A stretch of DNA of 53,824 bases, counting the filler, from Jimgerdemannia flammicorona (lineage: Eukaryota): NCBI GenBank assembly GCA_003990765.1. It is 2 parts of 2 records of this genome, joined end to end, with 100 filler letters (N's around TTAATTAATTAA, not from the genome) between each part and the next. Parts side by side here need not be neighbours in the genome. Positions count along the whole stretch, not along the records: positions 26,964 to 53,824 come from RBNJ01000689.1; 1 more part is not named here. One strand, 5' to 3'. Both the position numbers and the translations under genes were made by a program. This document shows, piece after piece, positions 49,135 through 53,824 of the stretch (position 1 is its first letter; every line of letters begins with the position of its first letter). The notes beneath the pieces are model-generated. The model did not search any database. It saw nothing but the letters and a program-made list of their open reading frames with translations, and was not told the DNA's origin.

Positions 49135-51289
49135 ATAGATATATTTTCATGAGTTATTATATTTTTAAAAATAGAGTTTAAATTGAATTTCAAATTAAAT
49201 TAGCCTTTAATTCAATTTGTTGAGAGTACTAATAATATGTTATATATAGTAAAGTTCTATATTACTTAGTAGATAGACTTTATCTTAATAGTAGATTAAG
49301 GTTTTTTTAATAATAATAATAATATATATATTCTTGAACTTATTTGAGAAAACTTTAGTAGTAATAGTATCTTCTTTGTAAACTTGTCTGATTTGATCTA
49401 GAAATTCTGATACTAACTTATATTATTGAAGATCTGAATATCTTAATAAGATATCTAATACTATAAGTATCTTATCAGACTTATAGATAATCATCAGATT
49501 GAAAGTTGGCTCTACTTGGCTTATTGATATAATAAAATAGATTAGATATTAATATACTTGAAAGATTGATAGTCAATAATAATATCAAACTCAATACCTT
49601 CTAGATAGTATCTCTAGTAGTTGATAATATATATAATTATTAGTAAATCTTTTTTATAGATATATAATTAACTTCTGTTTAGCTGGTAATAATTTTTCTA
49701 ACTCAAAAGTGATAGAGTAGTATTCTTTTCTATCATTTTGTAATAGAACTACTCTAATAGTAAAATTTGAAGTATTAATATTAATAGTGAATTTCAAGTT
49801 TAAATTAGAATTTTGTAGAACTAAGATATTGATCAAATAGTTCTTAAGTTTTTAAAATACTTGTTAATAAAAGAGATTTTAGGCATAAGGTATATAATGT
49901 TCTATATATAGTATCTTCTTTATTAGGTTTATAAGTAGCTTAATAATCTTAGAGAGTTTCTGATAAAGTAGTAATAGTAGCTAGCTAAGTTAAGAAAGGA
50001 TCTAAGTTTTATAAGATTTGCTAGTTCAGATCATTCTTAGATTATCTCTATCTTATATAAATCTACTTGAATTTCTTATATAGAGATAATATGATCAAGA
50101 TATTTAACTTACTTTTTGAAAACTTTATATTTTTTGAGTTTAGTATATAACTTATATTTTTGTAGAATTTTCAAAATAAAGCAAATATGCTTGAGATATT
50201 CTTCTTTAGTTATACTAAAGATCAGAATATTATCAAAATATACTAATAGAAAAATAAAGAGTTAATTTTTAAATATCTTGTTTATGAGAGTCTAAAATAT
50301 TATAGGTATATTAGTAAGACTAAATACTAAGACTAAGAATTTATATAGTTCAAAGAAGTCATAAAAGTAGTCTTGGGGATATTTTCTGACTTAATTTAAA
50401 TTTGATAATATTCAAATATATATAAGATCTAGCTTAGTAAAGTACTTAGCATTCTTGAGGATATTAAAGATTTGATCAATAAAAAATAGTAGATATCAGT
50501 TTTTTATTATAAGCTTATTAAGTACTTAGTAGTATAATATATCAGCTTAATGGAGATAAATTATAAGATTGGGGAATTTATGTAGTTTGGCTTGAGCCTC
50601 TAGTTACTTTGTTAAAAAGTAATAAAATATTCTATAATTCTAGATGTCCTTAGTATTTAGTAGTATAATTATCAAATCTAGATATAGTAGTCAATTTTTT
50701 TATTGAGATAGTTCTTAAATATAGTAGTAATTTTATATAATAGTTCCTGTAAGTGTATTTTCTTCTTGGGTAACAGATTATCTCTATATAATAACAGTTT
50801 ACATATAGTATAAGTGGTTCTTTTCTAGGATAGTAATTTGACAGTTTCCTTATATAATTTCTGTATAATAATCTTGATAATATTTCATATTAGGTAGAGA
50901 CTTGGCAGATAACTTAGATGACAGATAATTTAGTTTGATTTGTCTAAGGGCTTAGTAGTTGAAGTAGACTATCAAGGTATAAGATAGTAGATAAGTACTA
51001 CTAATGCAGAAAGTCTGAGAGAAGAGGTTTTCTCTCAGAGACTCTTCAGGTAATTTATTGTCATTAGTTGAACTAGATAATAGTAGATACTTATAGTATA
51101 AGAGCTTCTAATAGAGGGTGGCTGATGGTATGTATCATATTGAGCTATACTGATAGAGGGCTGAGGGAGAGATGGACTAAGCAACCTTTTTCTGATAATA
51201 TTCAGATTATATAAACTTTGGGCAATACTCAAAATATTGTTTTTGGATAATAAACACTAGCAATATAGCAACTAATGAGTATTCTAAGA

Positions 51290-53507
51290 TATATGCTAGG
51301 CCGAGTAGCTCTAGTACATTTGACTGGCAGTATATGGGGAGGTGTTATAGCTTGGGGGGAAGCATGTGAGGCTTGCTAGCTAGAAGATATAGAAGGAGAG
51401 GAGGTAGTACTGGGAAATAGGAGACTGGGAGGATGAGCTTTATAAACAAAGTGAAGGAGGGTTATCTGATGACTAGACTAGAGGACTGACTGAAGAAGAG
51501 CAAGAAAATGGTGAGAGCTACAGAGTCTGGTGGAGTGGCCTATGGCAGTAAGAGCAGTAGAGCTGGGGGAGTAGTAGCTGGGGGGAGTAGGACTGCTGAT
51601 GGTAAGGAGACTACTAATCTAAAAAAAAATCCAGATGTAATAGTTGATGGTAGATCTGGACAAAGGGTGGGCATGAGGTCTGGAGATCTGATAGATAGTA
51701 TGATAGACCTGGTGGCAGTACTATTACTCAAGAAATTGAGGTCAGAATTCAATATTATATTGTGTTTCTGAGGCTTAGTAGTAATAGTAAGAATAATTCT
51801 AGGACTGCTGGCCCAGGAGGTGAAGGGGGCAGCATTGGTGAAGTTTTTGAAGAGTCTGAAAGGAGTAGAGGTTGGTTTCAAGAAGAAGGATATACTATTG
51901 GAAGTAATAGAGAAGAGAGTGATAGTGAGGGGAATAGCAATCTCCATGGCCTAGTGTTTACACTGAGATCCCCAAGTGGTGCAGCTTATAGTGCTGGATA
52001 TTCCTATAGTGTTGAAGGAAATGGTCAGGGGGTTGATTGTTGAGGCCATCAAGGAGTATGGAAATATCATAAATATCAGGTTTTGGATCTAAGAAGGCAC
52101 AGAATTCAGGATAGAAGATGTAGATATCAGGGTGTGGCTAGTAGATAAGGAGAATATAGAGAAGGCAAGAGACTGGCCAGTAGTTCTCAAGTGAGGACCT
52201 ATAGAGTATAAGGTCTTGAGAGTAAAAGAGATGCTAGAGAAAGAAGAGAACTTGCTGAAGACATTAAAGGATTTGACTGTGGCCATAGAGAGGAGAAGAT
52301 TAGTCTGAAAAGAGTTTAAGGCTAAGACAGTTGTAGAGATTGTAAATGGCAAGAAGGTGCAGCTGGATTGGGCAGCCTGGAAGAGAATACAGGGGAGGCA
52401 TATTCAGAAGAATCTGTTAGCTAAGTTGGGGGGGGGGGGCAGCTAGAGAAACCACCACTGAAGAAGCTGAATTGAGAACAAGTGCCTGGATAGAAGAGAA
52501 GAGAGTGGTATCAGAGAGGACCCCAGAAGAGAGAGAGAGCACAGGGCTGAGTGTTGTTGTAGAGGATACAGAGATGGCAGAAGGGGAGTACCCTCAGTAT
52601 GGGGTACCAGATAGGGCTGAAGGAGATGACAAATTGCAGAATATATTGAAGAAGGATTGAGATGAGTCAGTGAGGAGAAATGCAGAGAGTGGGCAGGTGG
52701 AGAGGAGAAAGAGAGTGGCCCAGAGAGTAGTAGAGGCCAAGGTCAAGGAGAAATAACTATGGAAAATACTTGAGAATATGGTGGCTGAGGAGCTAGAGAG
52801 AGAGAATTTCCAGATACTGAGTGAAAGGCACTGGGGTGAAATCCTGTATAGTGAGGAGGTGCTGTGAAAACTCTAGAATGAGATAATAGTGGTATTTCTG
52901 GAGACTGAGATATATTAGATAGATAATGACAAAGAGGTGGTACTGCTGGTAATTGCAAATAACAGGGCTACATATATGTGGGACTTGAGGAAAGGGCTGA
53001 TAAAGTAGTAGGTAGTATGCAAGAAGTACCAAATAAAGATGGAGGCTATAGATGGTGTGGATTGTCAGGAGATCTTAGAAGTATTAGAGGCTCAACAGAG
53101 AGAGACAGATGAACTAGAGGCAGAGAAGAACCTAGATATTGCTGGTGATGTGACAAGTATGAAATTGTAGAGTAGATAGCTTTTCTTTAAATAATATTAT
53201 TCAATATAAATAGTATAACTAGAATCTTATCTTTGAATTTCAATAGGCTATGAGGAGCAGTAAGGCATCAAAATATCTTTAGATTGCTGAAGGGAACAGA
53301 AGCAGATTTATTCTTATTATAAGATATTGGGTATAATAGAGATCTGGATATTCTGGACTAGACAAAGAAATAGAGTAGTGTAGCTGTTTGGTAAGGATGT
53401 GTGGGTATTCTGGTTAGGAAAGTAAGGGGAACATTGGAGATATTGGACATTAGGAGAGCAGAGTAGTGTGGGGGGTTTGGAAGAGACCAGGCTGAAGGCC
53501 CTTGATA
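51290..53507 (+). mobile_element. L1/Tx1-like LINE copy D (5' UTR, ORF1, start of APE)
   Basis: TNLKKNPDV and EYGNIINIRFWI. APE start RILSLNFNRL..ADLFLL at ~53220-53320. Confidence 0.85.
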
Positions 53508-53513
53508 CAGTAT

Positions 53514-53718
53514 GTTCCAAAACTGAACCAATGTTTTATTAAATTTTATATTTTAATTATTTAAATAAAAATACTCTAAATAAATATATTTTATATTATC
53601 ATATATTATAGTTTTATATTAGAGATATTTAAAAATATTAAATTTATTGTTTTTAAATTTTTATTTTATCTTTAAAAAAAAATCTAAAAAAAAAAAATTA
53701 TTGGTTCAGTTTTGGAAC
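53514..53718. mobile_element. MITE-like element with a perfect 19-bp inverted repeat
   Basis: GTTCCAAAACTGAACCAAT (53514-53532) and ATTGGTTCAGTTTTGGAAC (53700-53718) flank an AT-rich core; the element truncates LINE copy D. Confidence 0.65.
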
Positions 53719-53824
53719 CAAATTATTTATAAATATTCTTTATTTAATAGATAGACAATAAATTGAGATATATATTTAAAACTTATTATAATTATTCTTT
53801 TAATATTTCTCTATAATCCTATAT

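Larger units (their letters stand above)
40112..49231. mobile_element. hAT-like MITE (~270 bp) split by the family B LTR element
   Basis: Imperfect TIRs TAGTACTC..AACAAATTGAATTAA at 40112-40137 and 49207-49231. 8-bp TSD ATAATATC/ATAATATG (40104-40111, 49232-49239). AT-rich subterminal repeats. Confidence 0.7.
38790..51280 (-). mobile_element. Old, heavily mutated chromovirus (family C), interrupted at 40112-49231
   Basis: Chromodomain YEVQKILNKR..YLVK* (~38850-38985), integrase VIVSN*DSKFISHFW (~39665-39710), RNase H (49654..49836) and RT (~49950-50540). Outer boundaries approximate. Confidence 0.75.

Overview
Eukaryotic, almost certainly fungal DNA. The short GT-AG introns, long poly(A/T) tracts and chromoviruses suggest an early-diverging, Mucoromycota/Endogonales-like genome, but the taxon is inference. 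A ~10 kb CpG-rich gene island (~8.5-18.5 kb) holds three spliced genes reconstructed by hand: a 9-exon aquaporin with an unusual V-N-T-R ar/R filter, a large PH-domain/coiled-coil protein, and a secreted CE2-like SGNH esterase. The rest is nested transposon debris: Ty3/Gypsy elements including chromoviruses and a dUTPase-encoding element, four L1/Tx1-like LINE copies, hAT MITE/transposase remnants and a probable mini-Helitron. These repeats show strong C-to-T/G-to-A hypermutation. The most striking observation is that two unrelated Gypsy families have long LTRs (~2.1 kb and ~1.6 kb), each carrying a decayed sense-strand ORF (~365 and ~280 codons) in U3 between two TATA-like boxes. Comparing the two copies of each LTR repairs most of the stop codons, which points to LTR-encoded accessory proteins, one with PPxY motifs. 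An N-gap with an artificial TTAATTAATTAA linker (26863-26963) means the two halves of the window may not be contiguous.
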